Below, piece by piece: positions 27,401-41,665 of a stretch of DNA of 64,000 nucleotides. Source of the stretch: Balanoglossus misakiensis (lineage: Eukaryota; Animalia; Hemichordata); the NCBI GenBank assembly GCA_040954595.2, contig CM082597.2, positions 10,261,778 to 10,325,777 on the forward strand, in the 5' to 3' direction. Numbering within the stretch: position 1 is the first letter of the stretch; the number at the start of each line of letters is the position of its first letter. The position numbers were made by a program, and so were the translations under genes. A model generated the notes under the pieces. It did no database searches, was not told where the DNA came from, and worked only from the letters and a program-made list of their open reading frames with translations.

Positions 27401-30400
27401 AGCAATACTCCGTTGTGTTTACTGTCAGAGATGTATCTGCAACAACCCGATTTAATTCAGAGTGTCAGAAAAAGTGACTTGCTGGTCAAGAATGCAAACA
27501 GTGTCAGTCAGAGTGTCTCACAGGTGAGAGATTTTTTCTTTTTTTTTACACACGGGTTAGACGTGGGCATTGCAGAGAGGGCAGCACCAATTTCATAAAT
27601 GTACGTAGCAGTAAATACAGACTGCCTTTGCTTCCTTCCATATTTCATGCACACCGTGTAAGTAGACTTTACCTAATTTTGTCCCTTCTTTTCACCCAAT
27701 TTACTGTCTTTTCCTGATCTCCAACACAGAGTATGGTTGCCACCATCTTGTCTGTTGTTAGGACAGCACACTGCCTTATTGTGTTGACTGTGTGCAGTTT
27801 TTGTAACCAGAGCCTCTAACCCAAACTATTATGCAGTTGTTACATATGATGCAAGTTGCCCATAAAATTACCTAACAATAAAATGTGGCTGTCGAACATT
27901 GGTCCCAACAATAACGACAAACACAATACGATAGAATTTTTACTCAATGACTTTCTGGCCTCATTTTCGCATCGTCTTGGAAGGGCAAATGAAAAAGGCA
28001 TATCGATTATTGGTACTCCACTTATTAGACTTTCCACTGTTTGTCAACAGCACTGCCAAGGAACTCCTGCCAGCCATCATTGATTGTCTGGATAGTAGTG
28101 CCCAGAGTGTCGTCAATGTAGCTTTACAACATCTACGCTAAACAAATCTCTTTATTTTTTGGCCTAACTTAATATATTTGTTTATTTCAGTGCTATGAGC
28201 AATACTCCGTTGTGTTTACTGTCAGAGATGTATCTGCAACAACCCGATTTAATTCAGAGTGTCAGAAAAAGTGACTTGCTGGTCAAGAATGCAAACAGTG
28301 TCAGTCAGAGTGTCTCACAGGTGAGAGATTTTTTCTTTTTTTTTACACACGGGTTAGACGTGGGCATTGCAGAGAGGGCAGCACCAATTTCATAAATGTA
28401 CGTAGCAGTAAATACAGACTGCCTTTGCTTCCTTCCATATTTCATGCACACCGTGTAAGTAGACTTTACCTAATTTTGTCCCTTCTTTTCACCCAATTTA
28501 CTGTCTTTTCCTGATCTCCAACACAGAGTATGGTTGCCACCATCTTGTCTGTTGTTAGGACAGCACACTGCCTTATTGTGTTGACTGTGTGCAGTTTTTG
28601 TAACCAGAGCCTCTAACCCAAACTATTATGCAGTTGTTACATATGATGCAAGTTGCCCATAAAATTACCTAACAATAAAATGTGGCTGTCGAACATTGGT
28701 CCCAACAATAACGACAAACACAATACGATAGAATTTTTACTCAATGACTTTCTGGCCTCATTTTCGCATCGTCTTGGAAGGGCAAATGAAAAAGGCATAT
28801 CGATTATTGGTACTCCACTTATTAGACTTTCCACTGTTTGTCAACAGCACTGCCAAGGAACTCCTGCCAGCCATCATTGATTGTCTGGATAGTAGTGCCC
28901 AGAGTGTCGTCAATGTAGCTTTACAACATCTACGCTAAACAAATCTCTTTTTTTTTTGGCCTAACTTAATATATTTGTTTATTTCAGTGCTATGAGCAAT
29001 ACTCCGTTGCGTTTACTGTCAGAGATGTATCTGCAACAACCCGATTTAATTCAGAGTGTCAGAAAAAGTGACTTGCTGGTCAAGAATGCAAACAGTGTCA
29101 GTCAGAGTGTCTCACAGGTGAGAGATTTTTTTCTTTTTTTTTACACACGGGTTAGACGTGGGCATTGCAGAGAGGGCAGCACCAATTTCATAAATGTACG
29201 TAGCAGTAAATACAGACTGCCTTTGCTTCCTTCCATATTTCATGCACACCGTGTAAGTAGACTTTACCTAATTTTGTCCCTTCTTTTCACCCAATTTACT
29301 GTCTTTTCCTGATCTCCAACACAGACTATGGTTGCCACCATCTTGTCTGTTGTTAGGACAGCACACTGCCTTATTGTGTTGACTGTGTGCAGTTTTTGTA
29401 ACCAGAGCCTCTAACCCAAACTATTATGCAGTTGTTACATATGATGCAAGTTGCCCATAAAATTACCTAACAATAAAATGTGGCTGTCGAACATTGGTCC
29501 CAACAATAACGACAAACACAATACGATAGAATTTTTACTCAATGACTTTCTGGCCTCATTTTCGCATCGTCTTGGAAGGGCAAATGAAAAAGGCATATCG
29601 ATTATTGGTACTCCACTTATTAGACTTTCGACTGTTTGTCAACAGCACTGCCAAGGAACTCCTGCCAGCCATCATTGATTGTCTGGATAGTAGTGCCCAG
29701 AGTGTCGTCAATGTAGCTTTACAACATCTACGCTAAACAAATCTCTTTTTTTTTTGGCCTAACTTAATATATTTGTTTATTTCAGTGCTATGAGCAATAC
29801 TCCGTTGTGTTTACTGTCAGAGATGTATCTGCAACAACCCGATTTAATTCAGAGTGTCAGAAAAAGTGACTTGCTGGTCAAGAATGCAAACAGTGTCAGT
29901 CAGAGTGTCTCACAGGTGAGAGATTTTTTCTTTTTTTTTACACACGGGTTAGACGTGGGCATTGCAGAGAGGGCAGCACCAATTTCATAAATGTACGTAG
30001 CAGTAAATACAGACTGCCTTTGCTTCCTTCCATATTTCATGCACACCGTGTAAGTAGACTATACCTAATTTTGTCCCTTCTTTTCACCCAATTTACTGTC
30101 TTTTCCTGATCTCCAACACAGACTATGGTTGCCACCATCTTGTCTGTTGTTAGGACAGCACACTGCCTTATTGTGTTGACTGTGTGCAGTTTTTGTAACC
30201 AGAGCCTCTAACCCAAACTATTATGCAGTTGTTACATATGATGCAAGTTGCCCATAAAATTACCTAACAATAAAATGTGGCTGTCGAACATTGGTCCCAA
30301 CAATAATGACAAACACAATACGATAGAATTTTTACTCAATGACTTTCTGGCCTCATTTTCGCATCGTCTTGGACGGGCAAATGAAAAAGGCATATCGATT

Positions 30401-33400
30401 ATTGGTACTCCACTTATTAGACTTTCCACTGTTTGTCAACAGCACTGCCAAGGAACTCCTGCCAGCCATCATTGATTGTCTGGATAGTAGTGCCCAGAGT
30501 GTCGTCAATGTAGCTTTACAACATCTACGCTAAACAAATCTCTTTTTTTTTTGGCCTAACTTAATATATTTGTTTATTTCAGTGCTATGAGCAATACTCC
30601 GTTGCGTTTACTGTCAGAGATGTATCTGCAACAACCCGATTTAATTCAGAGTGTCAGAAAAAGTGACTTGCTGGTCAAGAATGCAAACAGTGTCAGTCAG
30701 AGTGTCTCACAGGTGAGAGATTTTTTTCTTTTTTTTTACACACGGGTTAGACGTGGGCATTGCAGAGAGGGCAGCACCAATTTCATAAATGTACGTAGCA
30801 GTAAATACAGACTGCCTTTGCTTCCTTCCATATTTCATGCACACCGTGTAAGTAGACTTTACCTAATTTTGTCCCTTCTTTTCACCCAATTTACTGTCTT
30901 TTCCTGATCTCCAACACAGACTATGGTTGCCACCATCTTGTCTGTTGTTAGGACAGCACACTGCCTTATTGTGTTGACTGTGTGCAGTTTTTGTAACCAG
31001 AGCCTCTAACCCAAACTATTATGCAGTTGTTACATATGATGCAAGTTGCCCATAAAATTACCTAACAATAAAATGTGGCTGTCGAACATTGGTCCCAACA
31101 ATAACGACAAACACAATACGATAGAATTTTTACTCAATGACTTTCTGGCCTCATTTTCGCATCGTCCGGGAAGGGCAAATGAAAAAGGCATATCGATTAT
31201 TGGTACTCCACTTATTAGACTTTCCACTGTTTGTCAACAGCACTGCCAAGGAACTCCTGCCAGCCATCATTGATTGTCTGGATAGTAGTGCCCAGAGTGT
31301 CGTCAATGTAGCTTTACAACATCTACGCTAAACAAATCTCTTTTTTTTTTGGCCTAACTTAATATATTTGTTTATTTCAGTGCTATGAGCAATACTCCGT
31401 TGCGTTTACTGTCAGAGATGTATCTGCAACAACCCGATTTAATTCAGAGTGTCAGAAAAAGTGACTTGCTGGTCAAGAATGCAAACAGTGTCAGTCAGAG
31501 TGTCTCACAGGTGAGAGATTTTTTTCTTTTTTTTTTACACACGGGTTAGACGTGGGCATTGCAGAGAGGGCAGCACCAATTTCATAAATGTACGTAGCAG
31601 TAAATACAGACTGCCTTTGCTTCCTTCCATATTTCATGCACACCGTGTAAGTAGACTTTACCTAATTTTGTCCCTTCTTTTCACCCAATTTACTGTCTTT
31701 TCCTGATCTCCAACACAGACTATGGTTGCCACCATCTTGTCTGTTGTTAGGACAGCACACTGCCTTATTGTGTTGACTGTGTGCAGTTTTTGTAACCAGA
31801 GCCTCTAACCCAAACTATTATGCAGTTGTTACATATGATGCAAGTTGCCCATAAAATTACCTAACAATAAAATGTGGCTGTCGAACATTGGTCCCAACAA
31901 TAACGACAAACACAATACGATAGAATTTTTACTCAATGACTTTCTGGCCTCATTTTCGCATCGTCTTGGAAGGGCAAATGAAAAAGGCATATCGATTATT
32001 GGTACTCCACTTATTAGACTTTCCACTGTTTGTCAACAGCGATGCCAAGGAACTCCTGCCAGCCATCATTGATTGTCTGGATAGTAGTGCCCAGAGTGTC
32101 GTCAATGTAGCTTTACAACATCTACGCTAAACAAATCTCTTTTTTTTTTGGCCTAACTTAATATATTTGTTTATTTCAGTGCTATGAGCAATACTCCGTT
32201 GCGTTTACTGTCAGAGATGTATCTGCAACAACCCGATTTAATTCAGTGTCAGAAAAAGTGACTTGCTGGTCAAGAATGCAAACAGTGTCAGTCAGAGTGT
32301 CTCACAGGTGAGAGATTTTTTTCTTTTTTTTTACACACGGGTTAGACGTGGGCATTGCAGAGAGGGCAGCACCAATTTCATAAATGTACGTAGCAGTAAA
32401 TACAGACTGCCTTTGCTTCCTTCCATATTTCATGCACACCGTGTAAGTAGACTTTACCTAATTTTGTCCCTTCTTTTCACCCAATTTACTGTCTTTTCCT
32501 GATCTCCAACACAGACTATGGTTGCCACCATCTTGTCTGTTGTTAGGACAGCACACTGCCTTATTGTGTTGACTGTGTGCAGTTTTTGTAACCAGAGCCT
32601 CTAACCCAAACTATTATGCAGTTGTTACATATGATGCAAGTTGCCCATAAAATTACCTAACAATAAAATGTGGCTGTCGAACATTGGTCCCAACAATAAT
32701 GACAAACACAATACGATAGAATTTTTACTCAATGACTTTCTGGCCTCATTTTCGCATCGTCTTGGACGGGCAAATGAAAAAGGCATATCGATTATTGGTA
32801 CTCCACTTATTAGACTTTCCACTGTTTGTCAACAGCACTGCCAAGGAACTCCTGCCAGCCATCATTGATTGTCTGGATAGTAGTGCCCAGAGTGTCGTCA
32901 ATGTAGCTTTACAACATCTACGCTAAACAAATCTCTTTTTTTTTTGGCCTAACTTAATATATTTGTTTATTTCAGTGCTATGAGCAATACTCCGTTGCGT
33001 TTACTGTCAGAGATGTATCTGCAACAACCCGATTTAATTCAGAGTGTCAGAAAAAGTGACTTGCTGGTCAAGAATGCAAACAGTGTCAGTCAGAGTGTCT
33101 CACAGGTGAGAGATTTTTTTCTTTTTTTTTACACACGGGTTAGACGTGGGCATTGCAGAGAGGGCAGCACCAATTTCATAAATGTACGTAGCAGTAAATA
33201 CAGACTGCCTTTGCTTCCTTCCATATTTCATGCACACCGTGTAAGTAGACTTTACCTAATTTTGTCCCTTCTTTTCACCCAATTTACTGTCTTTTCCTGA
33301 TCTCCAACACAGACTATGGTTGCCACCATCTTGTCTGTTGTTAGGACAGCACACTGCCTTATTGTGTTGACTGTGTGCAGTTTTTGTAACCAGAGCCTCT

Positions 33401-35790
33401 AACCCAAACTATTATGCAGTTGTTACATATGATGCAAGTTGCCCATAAAATTACCTAACAATAAAATGTGGCTGTCGAACATTGGTCCCAACAATAACGA
33501 CAAACACAATACGATAGAATTTTTACTCAATGACTTTCTGGCCTCATTTTCGCATCGTCCGGGAAGGGCAAATGAAAAAGGCATATCGATTATTGGTACT
33601 CCACTTATTAGACTTTCCACTGTTTGTCAACAGCACTGCCAAGGAACTCCTGCCAGCCATCATTGATTGTCTGGATAGTAGTGCCCAGAGTGTCGTCAAT
33701 GTAGCTTTACAACATCTACGCTAAACAAATCTCTTTTTTTTTTGGCCTAACTTAATATATTTGTTTATTTCAGTGCTATGAGCAATACTCCGTTGCGTTT
33801 ACTGTCAGAGATGTATCTGCAACAACCCGATTTAATTCAGAGTGTCAGAAAAAGTGACTTGCTGGTCAAGAATGCAAACAGTGTCAGTCAGAGTGTCTCA
33901 CAGGTGAGAGATTTTTTTCTTTTTTTTTTACACACGGGTTAGACGTGGGCATTGCAGAGAGGGCAGCACCAATTTCATAAATGTACGTAGCAGTAAATAC
34001 AGACTGCCTTTGCTTCCTTCCATATTTCATGCACACCGTGTAAGTAGACTTTACCTAATTTTGTCCCTTCTTTTCACCCAATTTACTGTCTTTTCCTGAT
34101 CTCCAACACAGACTATGGTTGCCACCATCTTGTCTGTTGTTAGGACAGCACACTGCCTTATTGTGTTGACTGTGTGCAGTTTTTGTAACCAGAGCCTCTA
34201 ACCCAAACTATTATGCAGTTGTTACATATGATGCAAGTTGCCCATAAAATTACCTAACAATAAAATGTGGCTGTCGAACATTGGTCCCAACAATAACGAC
34301 AAACACAATACGATAGAATTTTTACTCAATGACTTTCTGGCCTCATTTTCGCATCGTCTTGGAAGGGCAAATGAAAAAGGCATATCGATTATTGGTACTC
34401 CACTTATTAGACTTTCCACTGTTTGTCAACAGCACTGCCAAGGAACTCCTGCCAGCCATCATTGATTGTCTGGATAGTAGTGCCCAGAGTGTCGTCAATG
34501 TAGCTTTACAACATCTACGCTAAACAAATCTCTTTTTTTTTGCTTAACTTAATATATTTGTTTATTTCAGTGCTATGAGCAATACTCCGTTGTGTTTACT
34601 GTCAGAGATGTATCTGCAACAACCCTATTTAATTCAGAGTGTCAGAAAAAGTGACTTGCTGGTCAAGAATGCAAACAGTGTCAGTCAGAGTGTCTCACAG
34701 GTGAGAGATTTTTTCTTTTTTTTAACACACGGGTTAGACGTGGGCATTGCAGAGAGGGCAGCACCAATTTCATAAATGTACGTAGCAGTAAATACAGACT
34801 GCCTTTGCTTCCTTCCATATTTCATGCACACCGTGTAAGTAGACTTTACCTAATTTTGTCCCTTCTTTTCACCCAATTTACTGTCTTTTCCTGATCTCCA
34901 ACACAGACTATGGTTGCCACCATCTTGTCTGTTGTTAGGACAGCACACTGCCTTATTGTGTTGACTGTGTGCAGTTTTTGTAACCAGAGCCTCTAACCCA
35001 AACTATTATGCAGTTGTTACATATGATGCAAGTTGCCCATAAAATTACCTAACAATAAAATGTGGCTGTCGAACATTGGTCCCAACAATAACGACAAACA
35101 CAATACGATAGAATTTTTACTCAATGACTTTCTGGCCTCATTTTCGCATCGTCTTGGAAGGGCAAATGAAAAAGGCATATCGATTATTGGTACTCCACTT
35201 ATTAGACTTTCCACTGTTTGTCAACAGCGATGCCAAGGAACTCCTGCCAGCCATCATTGATTGTCTGGATAGTAGTGCCCAGAGTGTCGTCAATGTAGCT
35301 TTACAACATCTACGCTAAACAAATCTCTTTTTTTTTTGGCCTAACTTAATATATTTGTTTATTTCAGTGCTATGAGCAATACTCCGTTGCGTTTACTGTC
35401 AGAGATGTATCTGCAACAACCCGATTTAATTCAGTGTCAGAAAAAGTGACTTGCTGGTCAAGAATGCAAACAGTGTCAGTCAGAGTGTCTCACAGGTGAG
35501 AGATTTTTTTCTTTTTTTTTACACACGGGTTAGACGTGGGCATTGCAGAGAGGGCAGCACCAATTTCATAAATGTACGTAGCAGTAAATACAGACTGCCT
35601 TTGCTTCCTTCCATATTTCATGCACACCGTGTAAGTAGACTTTACCTAATTTTGTCCCTTCTTTTCACCCAATTTACTGTCTTTTCCTGATCTCCAACAC
35701 AGACTATGGTTGCCACCATCTTGTCTGTTGTTAGGACAGCACACTGCCTTATTGTGTTGACTGTGTGCAGTTTTTGTAACAAGAGCCTCT

Positions 35791-37309
35791 TGTTTTACAC
35801 ATGCGGGTAAGACTATTGTCACCCTTTAAGTGTCTTGGTTGATATTGTTTCAGTTCGATGTGTTGACCCACAGTTTATTGTTGACGTTGGCCGCAACAAA
35901 AGCTAGACGCTATCTTAAGTGTCAGTTAAAGTCGCTTTATAAAAAAAAACCCAGCACAGCCAACATTATTGAGCCCACTTGGCAACCAATCACACCAAAG
36001 TATTGCAAGCTGGACATCTATGCAAGAATTCACCAAAGGTTATCATTCCTGGATTTGACTTGCAACAGTTGTTCGATAGTTAGCCAATTTTCACTGTAAC
36101 ATGTCACTTGTGGTCAGTCTTGACTGGTGTAGCATGCTGGCCTGGTATGCCTTACCCATTCCAGACACCTGGTACCACTACTTAGCAGTGGTTCAAGATG
36201 ATCCTGTTGACATTATCATTCTTATCATATCATATGAGTACAATGTATTTGTGTTTATGTGTATGCATCGTGTATGCCTATCCGGATACTCATTTAAATG
36301 GACCACCATGTTGTACCATACTGTTGAAAAAGGCAACAACATGTATTGGAGCTTTAGTAATAATGGAAATACATGTAATGTGGAACAATTCTTCCTTTTT
36401 GAATACTGATTTCCGCTTACTCCATGTTTACATAATGATCTGTGTAACTACTACCCTGACCTGTCCATATTGAAGGCCCTAGTTGCCAGCGTCGCACTGC
36501 CCAGCAGAAGTGCCAAGGATACCCAGGCCAATTTTTCTATGACAACCCAGGTCTCAAGGGGGTCAAGCATGGTTGCATTCAATGGTATGGCCTCCTCATC
36601 GACCTCGGCCCACTGGTCAAAGTAGGACGTCACACCACTCAAAATGAAACTGTGTTCCGACAGTAGTCATGAAGGTGAATTTTTCATTCCTTATTTTCGC
36701 AGAACATGTATTTAATGCACTTGTCACTATTGCAAAAAGTAAGCTTTCACAAAATTTATGTCCAAATGTGCAAACATAAGTCTACCACAGGGCGCCCTAC
36801 ATGTCATCTGATAATTCTATGGAGATTCAACCTCATTGCTGGATATGCCATGGGCACTCAAGTGAAAAAGTTTGTAAAGGCTGCCGACAAGCACTATTAC
36901 ATACTCAACCCAGTCTATTGTCTCATAATATTGGGAAAATAGCTCATACAAACGTAAATGGTTGACACCAAAGACGGACCACAACAAAATCGACCTCGCT
37001 ATGGACTGAAAGCTTACCTTAGCTCAGTTCTTTGTCGATGTATTAATATTTTACATGCATATATGTATTTGTTTCAGCTGGCGTAAATCATCGCTGTTCT
37101 CAACGCCTATTGTAAGACCTATATCCGCAATCGCTGCCGAACCGAAGTCTTCTTCTCGATTAATTACAAAGTTCTTCCCCGTCAAACACCGTATATACTG
37201 GTACACAGTCAATTTGCCTACATCTCAGTTTTCACCAACGACCGCGAGGTTTTGCACTGTGCGCGTCACCTGCAATGAGCCAGCCACACCATCAAGGACG
37301 GTATACATT
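35791..37309. other. Single-copy spacer (within this window) rich in splice-site/exon-like fragments on both strands
   Basis: Non-repetitive and more GC-rich than the distal flank. It carries several acceptor (TTTCAG, TTTCGCAG) and donor (GTAAG) motifs but no coherent long ORF. Confidence 0.55.
36461..36649 (-). pseudogene. Possible isolated 189-nt coding exon fragment
   Basis: On the minus strand: CACAG|...GACAG|GTCAGG. The length is a multiple of 3, the frame FILSGVTSYFDQWAEVDEEAIPLNATMLDPLETWVVIEKLAW... is open, and GC is locally high. The splice sites are only moderate and the protein is not recognised. Confidence 0.3.
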
Positions 37310-40300
37310 GATCATTTCTTAGAAAATATAATAAAAACAACCATTTTTTGGGTTCGAAAAGGGCAAATATTGTTTACACTTAGTGAAGCTTCAATGTACA
37401 ATTTCTTCTTTTTGAGTTTACTAAAATTGGTGCTCATTGCGCCCATTTTACCTAGTGTGTGTACGTGTGGTTCATTTAATATGAGGAATAGCACTCAAAT
37501 CAAATTTAAATAAATCAAATTCAATTCAATCAAAATAAAATCACATCAGATATATAATAATGATCTTACCAAAGTAACATATTTATGACAATTGTGCAAT
37601 AATTCTTTGAAAGAATTACTTAAACCGTTATTTTGCCACAAAAAGAGTTCAATAAGTTATTAACTCAATCTTTGTTCCAGATCGAATGATTTTAAAGAAA
37701 ATGATTTAATGAGCAATTTAAATTTAAAAACACTCTAATTATGGCGTAAAAAAACACTGCAGGCTAATCAGCCTACATTGTTTATCACTTTTCTGACAAT
37801 TTGAAAAAAACGCTTTAATTCTTTACTAAAATCATTTAATGCATGTTCAAATCGATGTTATATTAACATTGCATATTTCGAAAGAAAATTAATTAACAAG
37901 CAAATCTAACATAAATGCACCCCTCTTTCGGCATTGAAACACTGTTTTTATCATTCTAAATTCTTTCTTCGAAAATATAATAAAAACAACCAATTTTTTG
38001 GGTGCGAAAAGGCACCTACAAACGCCAAGAATTGTTACACTTAGTGAAACTTCAATGTACAATTTTTTCTTTTTGAGTTTATTAAATTGTGCTCATTGCG
38101 CCCATTTCACCTAATATGAGGAATAGCACACAAATCAAATTTAAATAAATCAAATTCAATTCAATCAAAATAAAATAAAATCACATCAGATATATAATAA
38201 AGATCTTATCAAAGTAGCATATTTATGACGATTTTGCAATTATTCTTTGAAATAATTACTTAAACCATTATTTTGCCACGAAAAGTGTTTAATATGTTAT
38301 TAACTCAATCTTTGTTCCAGATCGAAAGTTTTTAAAGAAAATGATTAAATGAGCAATTTAAATTTAAAAACACTCTAATTATGGCTTCGAAAACTCTATA
38401 GGACCATTATAAGTCCCTTTCCTGAAAATTTGAATAAATAGCTTTATTTCTTTACTAAACACGTTTTATGCATGTTCCAATCGATGTTATATTGAAATTG
38501 CATATTTCGAAAGAAAATTAATTAACAAGCAATTCTAACATAAATGCACCCCTCTTTCGGCTTTGAAACACTATTTAATCATTCTAAATCCTGTCTTCGA
38601 AAATATAATAAAAACAACCAATTTTTGGGTTCGAAAAGGCACCTACAAACGCCAAGAATTGTTACACTTAGTGAAACTTCAATGTACAATTTTTTCTTTT
38701 TGAGTTTATTAAATTGTGTGCTCATTGCGCCCATATCACCTAATATGAGGAATAGCACACAAATCAAATTTAAATAAATCAAATTCAATTCAATCAAAAT
38801 AAAATAAAATCACATCAGATATATAATAAAGATCTTATCAAAGTAACATATTTATGACAATTTTGCAATTATTCTTTGAAATAATTACTTAAACCATTAT
38901 TTTGCCACGAAAAGAGTTTAATATGTTATTAACTCAATCTTTGTTCCAGATCGAAAGTTTTTAAAGAAAATGATTAAATGAGCAATTTAAATTTAAAAAC
39001 ACTCTAATTATGGCTTCGAAAACTCTATAGGACCATTATAAGTCCCTTTCCTGAAAATTTGAATAAATAGCTTTATTTCTTTACTAAACACGTTTTATGC
39101 ATGTTCCAATCGATGTTATATTGAAATTGCATATTTCGAAAGAAAATTAATTAACAAGCAATTCTAACATAAATGCACCCCTCTTTCGGCTTTGAAACAC
39201 TATTTAATCATTCTAAATCCTGTCTTCGAAAATATAATAAAAACAACCAATTTTTGGGTTCGAAAAGGCACCTACAAACGCCAAGAATTGTTACACTTAG
39301 TGAAACTTCAATGTACAATTTTTTCTTTTTGAGTTTATTAAATTGTGTGCTCATTGCGCCCATTTCACCTAATATGAGGAATAGCACACAAATCAAATTT
39401 AAATAAATCAAATTCAATTCAATCAAAATAAAATAAAATCACATCAGATATATAATAAAGATCTTATCAAAGTAACATATTTATGACGATTTTGCACTTA
39501 TTCTTTGAAATAATTACTTAAACCATTTTTTTGCCACGAAAAGAGTTCAATATGTTATTAACTCAATCTTTGTTCCAGATCAAATGTTTTTAAAGAAAAT
39601 GATTAAATGAGCAATTTAAATTTAAAAACACTCTAATTATGGGTTCGAAAACTCTATAGGATCATTATAAGTCCCTTTTCTGAAAATTTGAATAAATAGC
39701 TTTATTTCTTTACTAAACACGTTTTATGCATGTTCAAATCGATGTTATATTGAAATTGCATATTTCGAAAGAAAATTTTTTAACAAGCAATTCTAACATA
39801 AATGCACCCCTCTTTCGGCTTTGAAACACTATTTAATCATTCTAAATCCTGTCTTCGAAAATATAATAAAAACAACCAATTTTTGGGTTCGAAAAGGCAC
39901 CTACAAACGCCAAGAATTGTTACACTTAGTGAAACTTCAATGTACAATTTTTTCTTTTTGAGTTTATTAAATTGTGTGCTCATTGCGCCCATTTCACCTA
40001 ATATGAGGAATAGCACACAAATCAAATTTAAATAAATCAAATTCAATTCAATCAAAATAAAATAAAATCACATCAGAAATATAATAAAGATCTTATCAAA
40101 GTAACATATTTATGACAATTTTGCAATTATTCTTTGAAATAATTACTTAAACCATTTTTTTGCCACGAAAAGAGTTCAATATGTTATTAACTCAATCTTT
40201 GTTCCAGATCGAATGTTTTTAAAGAAAATGATTAAATGAGCAATTTAAATTTAAAAACACTCTAATTATGGGTTCGAAAACTCTATAGGATCATTATAAG

Positions 40301-41665
40301 TCCCTTTTCTGAAAATTTGAATAAATAGCTTTATTTCTTTACTAAACACGTTTTATGCATGTTCAAATCGATGTTATATTGAAATTGCATATTTCGAAAG
40401 AAAATTTTTTAACAAGCAATTCTAACATAAATGCACCCCTCTTTCGGCTTTGAAACACTATTTAATCATTCTAAATCCTGTCTTCGAAAATATAATAAAA
40501 ACAACCATTTTTGGGGTTCGAAAAGGCACCTACAAACGCCAAGAATTTTTACACTTAGTGAAGCTGCAATGTACAATTTCTTCTTTTTGAGTTATTAAAA
40601 TGTGTACTCATTGCGCCCATTTCACCTAATATGAGGAATAGCACAAAAATCAAATTTAAATAAATTAAATTCAATTCAATCAAAATAAAATAAAATCACA
40701 TCAGATATATAATAAAGATCTTATCAAAGTAACATATTTATGACGATTTTGCAATTATTCTTTGAAATAATTACTTAAACCATTATTTTGCCACGAAAAG
40801 AGTTCAATATGTTATTAACTCAATCTTTGTTCCAGATCAAATGTTTTTAAAGAAAATGATTAAATGAGCAATTTAAATTTAAAAACACTCTAATTATGGG
40901 TTCGAAAACTCTATAGGATCATTATAAGTCCCTTTTCTGAAAATTTGAATAAATAGCTTTATTTCTTTACTAAACACGTTTTATGCATGTTCAAATCGAT
41001 GTTATATTGAAATTGCATATTTCGAAAGAAAATTATTTAACAAGCAATTCTAACATAAATGCACCCCTCTTTCGGCTTTGAAACACTATTTAATCATTCT
41101 AAATCCTGTCTTCGAAAATATAATAAAAACAACCATTTTTGGGGTTCGAAAAGGCACCTACAAACGCCAAGAATTTTTACACTTAGTGAAGCTTCAATGT
41201 TCAATTTCTTCTTTTTGAGTTTATTAAAATGTGTGCTCATTGCGCCCATTTCACCTAATATGAGGAATAGCACACAAATCAAATTTAAATAAATCAAATT
41301 CAATTAAATCAAAATAAAATTACATCAGATATATAATAAAGATCTTGTCAAAGTAACATATTTATGACGATTTTGCAATAATTCTTTGAAAGAATTACTT
41401 AAACCATTATTTTGCCACGAAAAGAGTTCAATAAGTTTTTAACTCAATCTTTCAAAATTTGAATAAAACGCTTTATTTCTTTACTAAAAACGTTTTATGC
41501 ATGTTCAAATCGATGTTATATTTATAAGGCTTATTTCGAACGAAAATGAATTTACAAGCAATTCTAACACAACTGCACCCTCATTAGGCTTAGAGACACT
41601 ATTTAATCATTCTAAATCCTTTCTTCGAAAATATAATAAAAACAACCTTTTTTTGGGCTCGAAAA
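37310..41665. repeat. AT-rich tandem repeat, ~629-bp unit, about 7 copies with diverged first and last copies
   Basis: AAATGCACCCCTCTTTCGG recurs at ~37912, 38542, 39171, 39800, 40429, 41057. Identical spurious ORFs start at 38544, 39173 and 39802 (period 629). The last copy has an internal deletion near 41452. Confidence 0.97.

Larger units (their letters stand above)
1..35790. repeat. Subtelomeric tandem satellite, ~797-bp unit (795-800), about 45 copies, open at the left window edge
   Basis: The anchor GGTCCCAACAATAA occurs at 1, 797, ... 27901, ... 35078, and the same short ORFs recur every 795-800 bp. Units differ by a few SNPs and two poly-T lengths. The array ends at ...AACAAGAGCCTCT (35790). 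Confidence 0.99.

Noticed and set aside
47-35690. Repeated 64-106-aa ORFs as a tandem gene family
   Set aside because: They overlap in several frames, often start at TTG/GTG, and open or close with poly-T length. They recur only because the DNA is repeated. Only sub-segments look exon-derived.
1-35790. Tandem RNA-gene array (5S rRNA, snRNA, SL RNA, tRNA) or histone cluster
   Set aside because: I recognised no such sequence in the unit by eye; an Rfam/Infernal scan would be needed to exclude it formally.
35854-35910. CVDPQFIVD resembling the calpain catalytic-domain motif (PQFIVDGA)
   Set aside because: Only about 9 residues, and the following D..QG.LGDCW motif is absent; too weak to call.
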